Source of the DNA: a virus | Taxonomy: Duplodnaviria > Heunggongvirae > Uroviricota > Caudoviricetes | Direction: 5' to 3' (one strand) | Virus record (IMG/VR): IMGVR_UViG_3300037245_003487 | Coordinates: 1-41,440 of that record | Length of the DNA: 41,440 nt | In this document: positions 8,463-16,979 of the stretch, in pieces | Layout: every line of letters starts with the position of its first letter | Numbering within the stretch: position 1 is the first letter of the stretch | Program-made: the position numbers and the translations under genes | Notes under the pieces: model-generated | What the model was told of the DNA's origin: nothing | Databases searched by the model: none | What the model saw: the letters and a program-made list of their open reading frames with translations, nothing else

Positions 8463-9797
8463 GTGAGTATGAATTTACCAGAAACTTTATTAAAATTGAA
8501 TAAAATTTTTAAAGAAGAGAAGGCTGAATTGTTTCTGGTCGGTGGTGCGATTAGAAATTATATATTAAGAAAAGATATTAAGGATTATGATTGTGCCACC
8601 AATCTTACTCCTGATAAAATGCTAGAAATAGCAGCGAAAAATGAAATAAAATGCATTGAAACTGGTATCGAGCATGGAACTGTAACATTTGTAATTGATG
8701 AGGATCACTATGAGGTAACAACCTATAGAACCGAGTCAACTTACTCAGATAACAGACATCCTGATGAAGTAAAATTCGTTACAGATATCAAAATCGATAT
8801 GGAAAGAAGAGACTTTACGGTGAATGCAATGTACATGGATATTTCTACAGAGCAAATCTATAATCTTACAGATGATACAACAAACAAACTAATAAAATGC
8901 GTTGGTGATCCGAGTGAAAGATTTAAAGAAGATGCTCTTAGAATGCTTCGGGCTATAAGATTTGCATCACAGTTAGGATTTTACATAGACAAACCAACAT
9001 TCGGAGCCATAGTTAATTGGGGATACTTACTTAATTCTATTTCTAAGGAACGAATACAAGATGAGCTATGTAAGATTTTAATGAGTGATAACCATGTGTT
9101 TGGGATGAATTTACTTAAGCAAACTGGATTATTGCATTTTATTTCATTTGAACTTGAAGATATGATTGGATGTGCACAGAATAATCAGCATCATATCTTT
9201 AATGTTTGGGATCATACTATGATGGCTTTAAAACCAGCTACAAAAGATCTTGAAATAAGGTTAGCATTACTATTTCATGACACTGGAAAACCAATAATGA
9301 AAACGAAAAACGAATACGGAATGCATAATTTTATAGAACACGGAATTGCATCTACAAGGATAACTCAAGAATTTATGGATAAATTTAAGTTTGATAATAA
9401 AACTAAAATTCATGTAGCTCAATTAGTTAAATACCACGATGATCCGATATCTTGTAATAAACCTAAAAAGATAAAGAAATTTATTAATAAATTGGGCCCC
9501 GAGCTATTTGGCAAATTGATTTCAGTTCAAATATCAGATAAACTAGCTCAAAATGGGCTAAAGCAAGATTTAGTAGAAGAATTAAAATCAGTCTTAAAAT
9601 TAATGCCAATACTTCTTCTTGATCCTATTTATCTTAGAGATTTAACTGTGGATGGAGATGATATGCAAGAATTAGGCTTAAGTGGCGCTGATATTGGATT
9701 GGTACTTAATAGATTATTATCACATGTTTGGTCCAGGCCACAAGATAATACTAGAGAGGAATTACTTAAGCTGGTAAAAGGAATGAGAAATGACTAA
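8463..9797 (+). CDS. cca: CCA tRNA nucleotidyltransferase (class II) with HD domain
   Basis: LVGGAIRN, KDYDCAT, EVTTYR, RRDFTVNAM, RFKEDALRMLRAIRF, ISKERI, and HD motif LLFHDTGKP. Confidence 0.93.
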   Translation: MSMNLPETLLKLNKIFKEEKAELFLVGGAIRNYILRKDIKDYDCATNLTPDKMLEIAAKNEIKCIETGIEHGTVTFVIDEDHYEVTTYRTESTYSDNRHPDEVKFVTDIKIDMERRDFTVNAMYMDISTEQIYNLTDDTTNKLIKCVGDPSERFKEDALRMLRAIRFASQLGFYIDKPTFGAIVNWGYLLNSISKERIQDELCKILMSDNHVFGMNLLKQTGLLHFISFELEDMIGCAQNNQHHIFNVWDHTMMALKPATKDLEIRLALLFHDTGKPIMKTKNEYGMHNFIEHGIASTRITQEFMDKFKFDNKTKIHVAQLVKYHDDPISCNKPKKIKKFINKLGPELFGKLISVQISDKLAQNGLKQDLVEELKSVLKLMPILLLDPIYLRDLTVDGDDMQELGLSGADIGLVLNRLLSHVWSRPQDNTREELLKLVKGMRND

Positions 9798-10041
9798 TGA
9801 ACAAAAAATGGGAACTAAAAATATGATTCTTAAAATTAAAGTTGGTTCCTATTTATATGGTACAAATACACCCGAATCAGATGAAGACTTAGAGGAAGAT
9901 ATTAGACAAGCTGTTGAAAAAACGGAATTACCGACTAATAAAAGATTTGATGAAATTAATGAACTTTGTATGACAATGTTTCATGAGTTTTATGTTAATG
10001 GGCATTATTATGAAAACTGCAATTACAAGGGAATGATATGA
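9790..10041 (+). pseudogene. internally deleted Pol-beta superfamily nucleotidyltransferase remnant (RlaP / T4 NrdC.11-like)
   Basis: VGSYLYGTNTPESDED active-site N-terminus joined directly to a C-terminal-type AVEKTELP...EINEL segment; only 83 aa. Confidence 0.65.
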
Positions 10042-10268
10042 GTTTTAAAGATTTTGAACACAAAGAGCAGATAAGAATGATACTTGAAGTGAAAAATAAG
10101 AATATAAGAAAGCTGGAGGTATTATGCGTAGGGTTATTGGAAAAATATGAAGCTATTAAAATGGAATATTTAGCATGTATTCATGAAGATCTAATAGATG
10201 AACTAAAAAAACTGGATGCAGAAATTACTGCAGCAAGAGATATAATAAAAGGATTAATAGGATGGTAA
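10038..10268 (+). CDS. small coiled-coil protein, paralog family B (divergent)
   Basis: IRKLEVLCVGLLEKY resembles EKLFILCEELIHKY of 17383. Confidence 0.65.
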   Translation: MSFKDFEHKEQIRMILEVKNKNIRKLEVLCVGLLEKYEAIKMEYLACIHEDLIDELKKLDAEITAARDIIKGLIGW

Positions 10269-10269
10269 T

Positions 10270-10479
10270 ATGTTAGTAAAGATATTTATGGAAAGCATGA
10301 AAGAAAAACTAAACGATTATGCAATAGAGGAAATGACCAAAGCTCTAAGAGAAAAAATGTATGTTTGGATAGGAAAAGAAAAACCAATCATTAAACATAT
10401 TGGTACTGATATAATGTGGGGCCCTATACTTGGACAAGAATCTAAAATTGTTTGGACTGTGTTCTGGGATAAAGTGTAA
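10270..10479 (+). CDS. hypothetical protein
   Basis: 69 aa, in operon. Confidence 0.65.
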   Translation: MLVKIFMESMKEKLNDYAIEEMTKALREKMYVWIGKEKPIIKHIGTDIMWGPILGQESKIVWTVFWDKV

Positions 10480-10498
10480 AATATTAAAGGATGGTATT

Positions 10499-10702
10499 AT
10501 GAAACCGAAGTTTAGAACTAGTTACGAGGGATTTAACATTACACTAATGAGAGATTTTATACCTATAATTGATTTTTCGATTCTTGGAATTTCTCTGTTT
10601 TATATAGGGTTCTGCAATCACTCTTGGGGCGATAATATCGATAAAAAAATGGAAGTCGTATTATTAGGATTTGGCATTAGTGTTGGTATCGATAATTATT
10701 AA
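10499..10702 (+). CDS. hypothetical protein
   Basis: Start moved to in-frame ATG 10499 after AAGGATGG. Confidence 0.6.
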   Translation: MKPKFRTSYEGFNITLMRDFIPIIDFSILGISLFYIGFCNHSWGDNIDKKMEVVLLGFGISVGIDNY

Positions 10703-10704
10703 AT

Positions 10705-10950
10705 ATGACAAAGGAGTATAATGTGTTTGGTGCAAGTTTCATGGAAATGTTTCTTCAAATGTTTTCTGGATGGAGTAATTCAAATAGAATACCTGTATCT
10801 GTGAAGCCAGAAGGCAATACGCTTAAGGTAATTTGTATGAAAGATCATGAGGGAATAGTAAATGGGTTTTTACAAACAAACATGCTTCCAGGACTTGGAT
10901 ATGTAGTTCGTGGAGTAAATGAAAAGGAAAGAAAAGGAGAGAAAAAATGA
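10705..10950 (+). CDS. hypothetical protein
   Basis: 81 aa, tight packing. Confidence 0.7.
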   Translation: MTKEYNVFGASFMEMFLQMFSGWSNSNRIPVSVKPEGNTLKVICMKDHEGIVNGFLQTNMLPGLGYVVRGVNEKERKGEKK

Positions 10951-11198
10951 TTTATATTTTAACGTATATTTTTACAGGACTATTAATAGGAATATTTGTG
11001 GTGGACATGAATAAACTACTTGATGCACATTTCTTTATAAACTTAGGAGCAATATCTCCGCAGAAATTTGTAATGAGATATAAAGCGTGGTCACAGTTTT
11101 TAATATTTTTAATACCACATTTAATGTTTGTATTCTTGCTTTTAATTATATTTTATTCAAAAATAGTAAATCTTATAAGAACATCAAGGATCAAATAA
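10947..11198 (+). CDS. 2-TM membrane protein
   Basis: Two hydrophobic segments, AAAGGAG SD. Confidence 0.75.
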   Translation: MIYILTYIFTGLLIGIFVVDMNKLLDAHFFINLGAISPQKFVMRYKAWSQFLIFLIPHLMFVFLLLIIFYSKIVNLIRTSRIK

Positions 11199-11368
11199 TG
11201 ACTGAATTTATAGGAAGTGCATTATTGATGATAGTATTATTTTTCATGCTTTGGTCCGTTATATGTTGGTTCTGGATTGGAGTAATAGCATTTATTATAG
11301 GCGTTATGGTATTTATAATTGCTAAATGTATTATACTTGGAATATTATTTTGGTGGTTAAGGAGTTAA
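11198..11368 (+). CDS. small membrane protein
   Basis: Start moved to ATG 11198 (TAATG overlap); almost entirely hydrophobic. Confidence 0.65.
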   Translation: MTEFIGSALLMIVLFFMLWSVICWFWIGVIAFIIGVMVFIIAKCIILGILFWWLRS

Positions 11369-11369
11369 T

Positions 11370-11648
11370 ATGTGTAGATGTCAACCAGAAGTAAGAACTC
11401 CATTTTGTGGAAGACCAGGATGTGAATGGCCTCAAAGTGAAGCTGAAAAAGCTGCAATGAAATGTCCTGTATGTGGAAAGGCTGTAGCTTTGATGGAAAT
11501 AAAAACAGAAACCTCATTTTTTAATTATAAAGCAATAGAAAAACTTGCTGAGTGGAAAACCTGGAAACTCGGAAAACATAGAGCACATTTTGAGTGTTCT
11601 AATTGTGGATGCCAGGTTATTCTACCAGGAGATGCAAAATTTGAGTAA
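11370..11648 (+). CDS. Cys-rich (zinc ribbon-like) phage protein
   Basis: CRC...PFCGRPGC, CPVCG, CSNCG. Confidence 0.75.
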   Translation: MCRCQPEVRTPFCGRPGCEWPQSEAEKAAMKCPVCGKAVALMEIKTETSFFNYKAIEKLAEWKTWKLGKHRAHFECSNCGCQVILPGDAKFE

Positions 11649-11838
11649 TTTTGAACAAATGACAAATATGGCTTTGAATATATTGGAAAATTTCAATATA
11701 AATATGACTAATATGCTTCAGGACGAACATTTAGAGCAATGGAAACTTATGCATGGAAATTATCTACATGATATTAAAATGGTTGGAAAACCTAGAAAAG
11801 AAATAAATAAATTAGAAGTGGAGGTGAATTTTAAATGA
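11632..11838 (+). CDS. hypothetical protein
   Basis: In-frame ATG 11632 after CAGGAG; fills gap. Confidence 0.55.
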   Translation: MQNLSNFEQMTNMALNILENFNINMTNMLQDEHLEQWKLMHGNYLHDIKMVGKPRKEINKLEVEVNFK

Positions 11839-12089
11839 TATTATTAGAAAGTTGTTTTTATAAAGTGGTTAAAATTAAAAAGAAAACTAAAGCTTGTATG
11901 TTTAAAGATCTTAAAATTGGCGATGAGTTGCAATTCTCAATACCAATCCAATCTGCGGGCAGTAACAGAGGCACTTATGCGTCTTATATAAAAATAGCAT
12001 GTATAACAAATGGTAATTACACCACTAAATCTTTTAATCAAATTGGAAGTTGCTTAAATAATTTTGAGTTAGAGGAATTAATATGGTAG
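11835..12089 (+). CDS. hypothetical phage protein, paralog of 18673..18951
   Basis: AxMFxxLKxGD...GS..G...FEL shared. Confidence 0.8.
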   Translation: MILLESCFYKVVKIKKKTKACMFKDLKIGDELQFSIPIQSAGSNRGTYASYIKIACITNGNYTTKSFNQIGSCLNNFELEELIW

Positions 12090-12289
12090 ACATAAAAGCG
12101 TTAACCGAAAAAGATATCGGGAAATGGGTTACTTACGAACCAGGACATAAAAAAGAATCTGGAAGAATTAAGTCTTGGAATGGCACATGGGTATTTGTAG
12201 TTTACAACTGTGATGGATATTGGCATCGATATGATGAATTTACCGCAGCTGCTACAAATCCACGTGATTTAAAAATTAAAGGAGGATAA
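12083..12289 (+). CDS. hypothetical phage protein (small beta domain)
   Basis: DIGKWVTY...GRIKSWN..WVFVVY..TAAAT.PRDL. Confidence 0.75.
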   Translation: MVDIKALTEKDIGKWVTYEPGHKKESGRIKSWNGTWVFVVYNCDGYWHRYDEFTAAATNPRDLKIKGG

Positions 12290-12293
12290 AATT

Positions 12294-12608
12294 ATGATAT
12301 TATTTTTAATAGTACTAGGATTAGCGATGGCATTTATAGGATTATTTTTAGCACTATGGGGCGATGACGAATTGGAAAAATGGGCTGTTGGAATTGGGCT
12401 TATAATGTGTATTGGTGGCGCTATAATACTTATATGCGGACTTTCGATGAATGATAAATCTATAGAGCCAGAACCAATAAAGGAAGTTATAGAAGTAACT
12501 CCAATTCCACAAATAACGCCAACTGTAACTCCACAGATTACGCCGAACTATAAAATAGTTATACCTGATAACCAGGGAGTTATTAATATTTACTTAGGAG
12601 ATGAGTGA
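12294..12608 (+). CDS. 2-TM protein with PT-rich linker and C-terminal NxG[VT][IV]NIY motif
   Basis: VTPIPQITPTVTPQITP...DNQGVINIY. Confidence 0.8.
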   Translation: MILFLIVLGLAMAFIGLFLALWGDDELEKWAVGIGLIMCIGGAIILICGLSMNDKSIEPEPIKEVIEVTPIPQITPTVTPQITPNYKIVIPDNQGVINIYLGDE

Positions 12609-12973
12609 TGAGGAAATGGATATTGTTAGCGCTATTACTAATAGCTATTTTTAGCTGTAATGATGAAAAAATATTATGTGAATTTAGTCATATAGAAAAT
12701 GTAATAAATAAAAATTACTGTGTATTTTATGAAGGCGATAAACAACATATAATAAAAATTTATGATGATATAGCTTTTTTGAAACTTAAAAATTTAAAAA
12801 AAGGTGATAATTTCTATCTATCAACAATCAATAGTGACATAGATCATTATGAGTTAACTATATATAAAGAATTATCCCATTCGAGTCCAAAAAAACCTGA
12901 GATAACACCGTTGCCAGATCCTAAAATAGACATAGAAAATAATGGAACTGTCAATATCTATATGGAGGAATAA
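12605..12973 (+). CDS. putative lipoprotein with C-terminal NxG[VT][IV]NIY motif
   Basis: LLIAIFS-C; PEITPLPDP...ENNGTVNIY. Confidence 0.8.
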   Translation: MMRKWILLALLLIAIFSCNDEKILCEFSHIENVINKNYCVFYEGDKQHIIKIYDDIAFLKLKNLKKGDNFYLSTINSDIDHYELTIYKELSHSSPKKPEITPLPDPKIDIENNGTVNIYMEE

Positions 12974-13332
12974 TGTACGTAAATATAATAAAAGATCATA
13001 TAAGAAAAAAAATAGAAATATGTGAGGATGATGGATTTACAGATTGGCCTGAAAGATTCCTAGAAATTTGCGATGAAATAATAGATAACTATGGAGAAAG
13101 TACTTGCAAAGATATAGTATTACATGGTCAGTACAATTCATATCTATGCCCATTTTGCGTTCGTGAATGTGAAATTAAAGGAACTAAGTGTGCAGAATGT
13201 GAATTTGGTAAAAGATTTGGGCAATGCGCAAGTGACGAAGATAACTTATTTGATTTACTTCCATTAACATTAGATGTATGGCCAGAATTAATTGAAATCA
13301 ACGAGAGTTATGGAGTGTTTATAGATGGCTGA
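12973..13332 (+). CDS. Cys-cluster protein, probable paralog of 14714..15124
   Basis: CPFC...CxxC.F.K....C. Confidence 0.75.
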   Translation: MYVNIIKDHIRKKIEICEDDGFTDWPERFLEICDEIIDNYGESTCKDIVLHGQYNSYLCPFCVRECEIKGTKCAECEFGKRFGQCASDEDNLFDLLPLTLDVWPELIEINESYGVFIDG

Positions 13333-13549
13333 TATAACAATGTGTAGCGGTGAATGCTGCATGGTAAAAAATAAATGCTATAGACATACTGCGCCATGGA
13401 ATGAATATAGACAATCTATGTTTACAGATGTTCCAGGTAAGGATAGAGACTGTTCACAGTTCTGGGAAAATGACTGGAAAAATAGTGACGTGAAATCGTA
13501 TCTAGTGAGGAAAGATTTAGATATAGGTTGTTTAATAGGAGATGGGTGA
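13325..13549 (+). CDS. small Cys-rich phage protein
   Basis: DITMCSG.CC..K..CYR.TA...QS.F...P....C..F. Confidence 0.75.
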   Translation: MADITMCSGECCMVKNKCYRHTAPWNEYRQSMFTDVPGKDRDCSQFWENDWKNSDVKSYLVRKDLDIGCLIGDG

Positions 13550-13998
13550 TGAAAATAATTAAAGGCGATCTTATAAAGCTTGCAAAAGAAGGTAAGTTTG
13601 ATGTGATAGTCCATGGATGTAACTGCTTTTGTAAAATGGGAAGAGGTATAGCCAAAACTATAAAACAAGAATTCCCTGTAGCATATGCTGCGGATATGAA
13701 AACAATGCCTGGTGATCAAAATAAATTAGGTACATATACAGAAAACACTATTCAGATCGAGAATCATATTCTTGTAGTAGTTAATGCTTATACGCAATAT
13801 AAATATTGGGGTAAGGAAGCTAATATAGATTATAAAGCGCTTAGATCTTGTTTTAAGGAAATAAGTAAAAACTATTTCAATCTTAGAATCGGTATCCCTA
13901 AAATTGGAGCTGGTTTAGCTGGTGGAGATTGGGATAAGATTCAAGGTATAATTGAAGAAGAAATGGCTGGCTGTGATATAACATTGGTGGTATTATGA
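13549..13998 (+). CDS. macrodomain protein (ADP-ribose binding/hydrolase, DarG/TARG1/T4 Tk.4-like)
   Basis: KGDL, IVHGCNCFCKMGRGIA, VVNAYTQY, PKIGAGLAGGDW; start moved to ATG 13549. Confidence 0.9.
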   Translation: MKIIKGDLIKLAKEGKFDVIVHGCNCFCKMGRGIAKTIKQEFPVAYAADMKTMPGDQNKLGTYTENTIQIENHILVVVNAYTQYKYWGKEANIDYKALRSCFKEISKNYFNLRIGIPKIGAGLAGGDWDKIQGIIEEEMAGCDITLVVL

Positions 13999-14008
13999 GG
14001 AGAAAAAA

Positions 14009-14350
14009 ATGATTACAATATTAATAGCAATAGGAATAATAATTGGAATAGTAGGTATAATAATCACAAATAATATAGTAAGTAATTTAATGAAAAAAAA
14101 TAAATGCGCTTATTGTACTTGCTGTAAATATAATAAACATTTTATATATGAACATCAACACAGTGGTTGTTGGCATAAATCTAATGTAGAATTTTGTAAA
14201 GAAGGCATGGATGAAGGTCGGTTTGCTATGATAACAAGTAATTTTAATAATGCAATGAATAAGCAATATGATTGTGGAAATTTTAAGTTAAATATTCTAA
14301 TTAATTATTTACCATGGGGCCACTGGACTAGAATATTTCCAGTATGTTAG
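14009..14350 (+). CDS. membrane-anchored Cys-rich protein
   Basis: N-terminal TM then CxxCxxC. Confidence 0.7.
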   Translation: MITILIAIGIIIGIVGIIITNNIVSNLMKKNKCAYCTCCKYNKHFIYEHQHSGCWHKSNVEFCKEGMDEGRFAMITSNFNNAMNKQYDCGNFKLNILINYLPWGHWTRIFPVC

Positions 14351-14359
14351 GAGGAAAAA

Positions 14360-14701
14360 ATGACATTTGGAATAGTAGGTAGTAGAGAATTTACAGACTA
14401 CAAAAAGCTAGAGAGATGTTTACAGCCTTATCGCAAGCTTATAACTAAAATAGTAAGCGGTGGTGCGAAAGGAGCTGATGCATTAGCAAAACAATATGCT
14501 GAATATTTCCAAACGCCTTACGTGGAATTTGAAGCTGATTGGGATAATGATGGCAAGTCAGCAGGGTTTATTCGCAATACACTAATCGTAAAAGCAAGCG
14601 ATGTAATTATAGCGTTTTGGAATTTAGAGTCAAATGGTTCAAGGCATACTATACATACAGCTAAAGCTAGTGATGTACCATGTATTATATTTGTGGTTTG
14701 A
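14360..14701 (+). CDS. SLOG-family protein (DUF2493/YspA-like)
   Basis: IVGSREF, IVSGGAKGADALA, ADW...GKSAGFIRN, IIAFWN.ES.GS.HTI. Confidence 0.85.
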   Translation: MTFGIVGSREFTDYKKLERCLQPYRKLITKIVSGGAKGADALAKQYAEYFQTPYVEFEADWDNDGKSAGFIRNTLIVKASDVIIAFWNLESNGSRHTIHTAKASDVPCIIFVV

Positions 14702-14713
14702 TAGGAGGAAAAT

Positions 14714-15124
14714 ATGTATCAAGAAAAAATTATAAAATTTATGAAAGGTAAAGCTGAAAGGTTAAATGAATATGATATTGATATTGAATATATTAATAAT
14801 GATGTTCTGGAAATTATAAGACAATGGGATGACGAGAGTGCTGAATATGTCTGGGGTGATATAGAACATAGTAGAGGTCATGAGTATCTTTGGAATCTAA
14901 CTGGAGATGAATGTCCTTTCTGTGTTTTGCAAAATAAGGATGATTACAACTGCAAAGAGTGTGGATATACTAAGGTTATGAATAATTGTACTGATAAAGG
15001 CTCTACGTGGAATAAAATCCAGGATATATTAAGAAAACGTGATCCAGAGAGTAAAGAGATTTTCACAAAAGAATTCTATAATGATCTTGTGGATAAAATT
15101 AATTGTAAATTAATGGTAAAATAA
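14714..15124 (+). CDS. Cys-cluster protein, probable paralog of 12973..13332
   Basis: CPFC...CKECGY.K....C. Confidence 0.75.
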   Translation: MYQEKIIKFMKGKAERLNEYDIDIEYINNDVLEIIRQWDDESAEYVWGDIEHSRGHEYLWNLTGDECPFCVLQNKDDYNCKECGYTKVMNNCTDKGSTWNKIQDILRKRDPESKEIFTKEFYNDLVDKINCKLMVK

Positions 15125-15153
15125 GTTGACTTTATCTTAGGATTTGGTATTAT
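15103..15153 (+). promoter_or_regulatory. sigma70-like promoter with conserved upstream tandem boxes
   Basis: TTGTAA-N6-GGTAAA-N5-TTGACT-N16-TATTAT with TG extended -10. Confidence 0.7.
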
Positions 15154-15172
15154 GATTTAAAAGGAGGTAATA

Positions 15173-15613
15173 ATGTTTGGAGTTAAATTTTTAAAGAATA
15201 ATAAATTTCTATACATAATCGTGTTAATATTACTTATACTTGGAACCGTGTTAATGTTTAACTTGGGAATTTTCTGTGGAGGAAAGGGTAGTATAGCTTA
15301 TTATTATATAGTAGATGCAATAATACTATTTACCTTATCAGGAGCTTGTCTTTTATTTAGCATAGATGCTTTTATGAGATTTAGTGAATGGTTATGGACT
15401 GTAAATAAGGGAATTTTCTGGGCTTTTATATCATTGGCTTTAATAGGGATGTTGCATTTTATTGTGTATTTTGCATGTCAATGTAGCCCTAATGGTGGGG
15501 CAATAAGGCTTCAAGAGGCGATGGTGATATTTGGCATTATATACTCCGTAGTTACAGGCATAGCGGTTGGATCATTTATAAGTGAAGACGAAACTAATGA
15601 TTATGAATATTAG
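15173..15613 (+). CDS. 4-TM membrane protein
   Basis: Four hydrophobic segments; AAAGGAGGT SD. Confidence 0.8.
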   Translation: MFGVKFLKNNKFLYIIVLILLILGTVLMFNLGIFCGGKGSIAYYYIVDAIILFTLSGACLLFSIDAFMRFSEWLWTVNKGIFWAFISLALIGMLHFIVYFACQCSPNGGAIRLQEAMVIFGIIYSVVTGIAVGSFISEDETNDYEY

Positions 15614-15622
15614 GAGTAAATA

Positions 15623-15790
15623 ATGTTTAAAGTATTTAATTATAATTCAAATGTAAATGGTAGCATAATTCTTTTTACAGATAGTGTTCAGGATTTTATT
15701 GATGATCATAATATATTAAGTGTTAAAGTAGAAAATAGCATGGGCGGATCTTACTGTGTGATATCTTATGTGATTGAGTATAAATTATGA
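15623..15790 (+). CDS. hypothetical protein (55 aa), not in ORF track
   Basis: AGGAG SD; TGA overlaps next ATG. Confidence 0.65.
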   Translation: MFKVFNYNSNVNGSIILFTDSVQDFIDDHNILSVKVENSMGGSYCVISYVIEYKL

Positions 15791-15984
15791 ACAACGACAT
15801 AATAGATAAATGGAATGCAAGTGTTCCAGAACAACCAGATCGTGATGAGCCTGTAGATGATATGAGGGATGCCTTGAGAGATCTTGTGAATAAGGTAGAT
15901 GAATTTACAAGTAATGATAATCTATGGAACTTATCTGCTATGCTTCTGAGTATAGAGAGAGCTAAAAGGGTGTTAGGGGATTGA
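15787..15984 (+). CDS. hypothetical protein
   Basis: 65 aa, ATGA overlap. Confidence 0.65.
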   Translation: MNNDIIDKWNASVPEQPDRDEPVDDMRDALRDLVNKVDEFTSNDNLWNLSAMLLSIERAKRVLGD

Positions 15985-15985
15985 T

Positions 15986-16234
15986 ATGAAAAAAATATTA
16001 TTTATTTTGTCATGTATAATTTTAGGAATAATCATACTTAGCTGTGATTGTCCTGACTGTACTGCTTGTAATGGTCCTAGAAATAAAAGAAGTTCGGATG
16101 CATCTATAAGAAGGTATAGAGCTTCATTTATAACTCCGACACCTAGACCAACTCCAAAAGCAACTAAAGGTGGCGCTACTATAATTTATAACATAGAAAA
16201 TTATGGCACTGTAAATATATATGAGGGGGATTAG
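15986..16234 (+). CDS. putative lipoprotein with PT linker and C-terminal NxG[VT][IV]NIY motif
   Basis: GIIILS-C; ITPTPRPTP; ENYGTVNIY. Confidence 0.8.
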   Translation: MKKILFILSCIILGIIILSCDCPDCTACNGPRNKRSSDASIRRYRASFITPTPRPTPKATKGGATIIYNIENYGTVNIYEGD

Positions 16235-16235
16235 T

Positions 16236-16436
16236 ATGAAATATCCTAACAGAACTATGTATAGAATGGAAGAAAAGATAAGTAAGTTAATTAAATTATG
16301 TGATGTATTAAATGAAAGAATTATAGAGCTAAGTTTTCAAGGGCATTTTAACTCATGTGGCTGCCCAGATTGTATTCAGTCAAGGGAAAAAATACGGCAA
16401 TATGAAGGGCGGCTAAGTAAATTAAAGGAGGATTAA
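16236..16436 (+). CDS. small coiled-coil protein, paralog family B
   Basis: MKYPNRTM..M / IRQYEGRLSKLKED, compare 17158 and 17383. Confidence 0.75.
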   Translation: MKYPNRTMYRMEEKISKLIKLCDVLNERIIELSFQGHFNSCGCPDCIQSREKIRQYEGRLSKLKED

Positions 16437-16694
16437 ATGAAAAATAAAATGGTTATTGATAAAGAATTATTAGAAATTTATTATGATAAGATCGGTGAGA
16501 CTGTTATGATAAACTATAAAGATAAACAGACAAAAGCAAAAATTTGTGAAATAGAAATCAATGAAGATAAAACTATAAAAGTTGTAATGGATTATGAATT
16601 AAACGATGTTACCAATGAGATCTTTAAAGAGCTACATAGTAATCATGGCGTATCTGTTGGGTATGAGTTGGATAACAGTATTATCAGGAGGTAA
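16437..16694 (+). CDS. hypothetical protein
   Basis: 85 aa, AAAGGAGG SD. Confidence 0.75.
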   Translation: MKNKMVIDKELLEIYYDKIGETVMINYKDKQTKAKICEIEINEDKTIKVVMDYELNDVTNEIFKELHSNHGVSVGYELDNSIIRR

Positions 16695-16697
16695 GTT

Positions 16698-16979
16698 ATG
16701 GATAAATTTTGGGAATGGATGGAAGAAAAAGGTTATGGAAGAAGTGGAACTCTTGTGAATGGTGACTGGTTTATGATGAAGATCCATTTAAAAATACAGA
16801 TGCTAATAGGGTACATGTATGAGTACGCCAGACAACTACTTGTTGAGTTGGATATTAATTATCAGCAGAATGGAAGTTTTGAAGCTAGGCTTAATACTGC
16901 CAATAACCATAAAAATCATTATGAAAAACTTGAGATAATTATTAATGATATGGAATTAATAAAACTGAGGGTGAAATGA
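16698..16979 (+). CDS. hypothetical phage protein, paralog of 7772..8041
   Basis: KFWEWMEEKGYG. Confidence 0.75.
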   Translation: MDKFWEWMEEKGYGRSGTLVNGDWFMMKIHLKIQMLIGYMYEYARQLLVELDINYQQNGSFEARLNTANNHKNHYEKLEIIINDMELIKLRVK

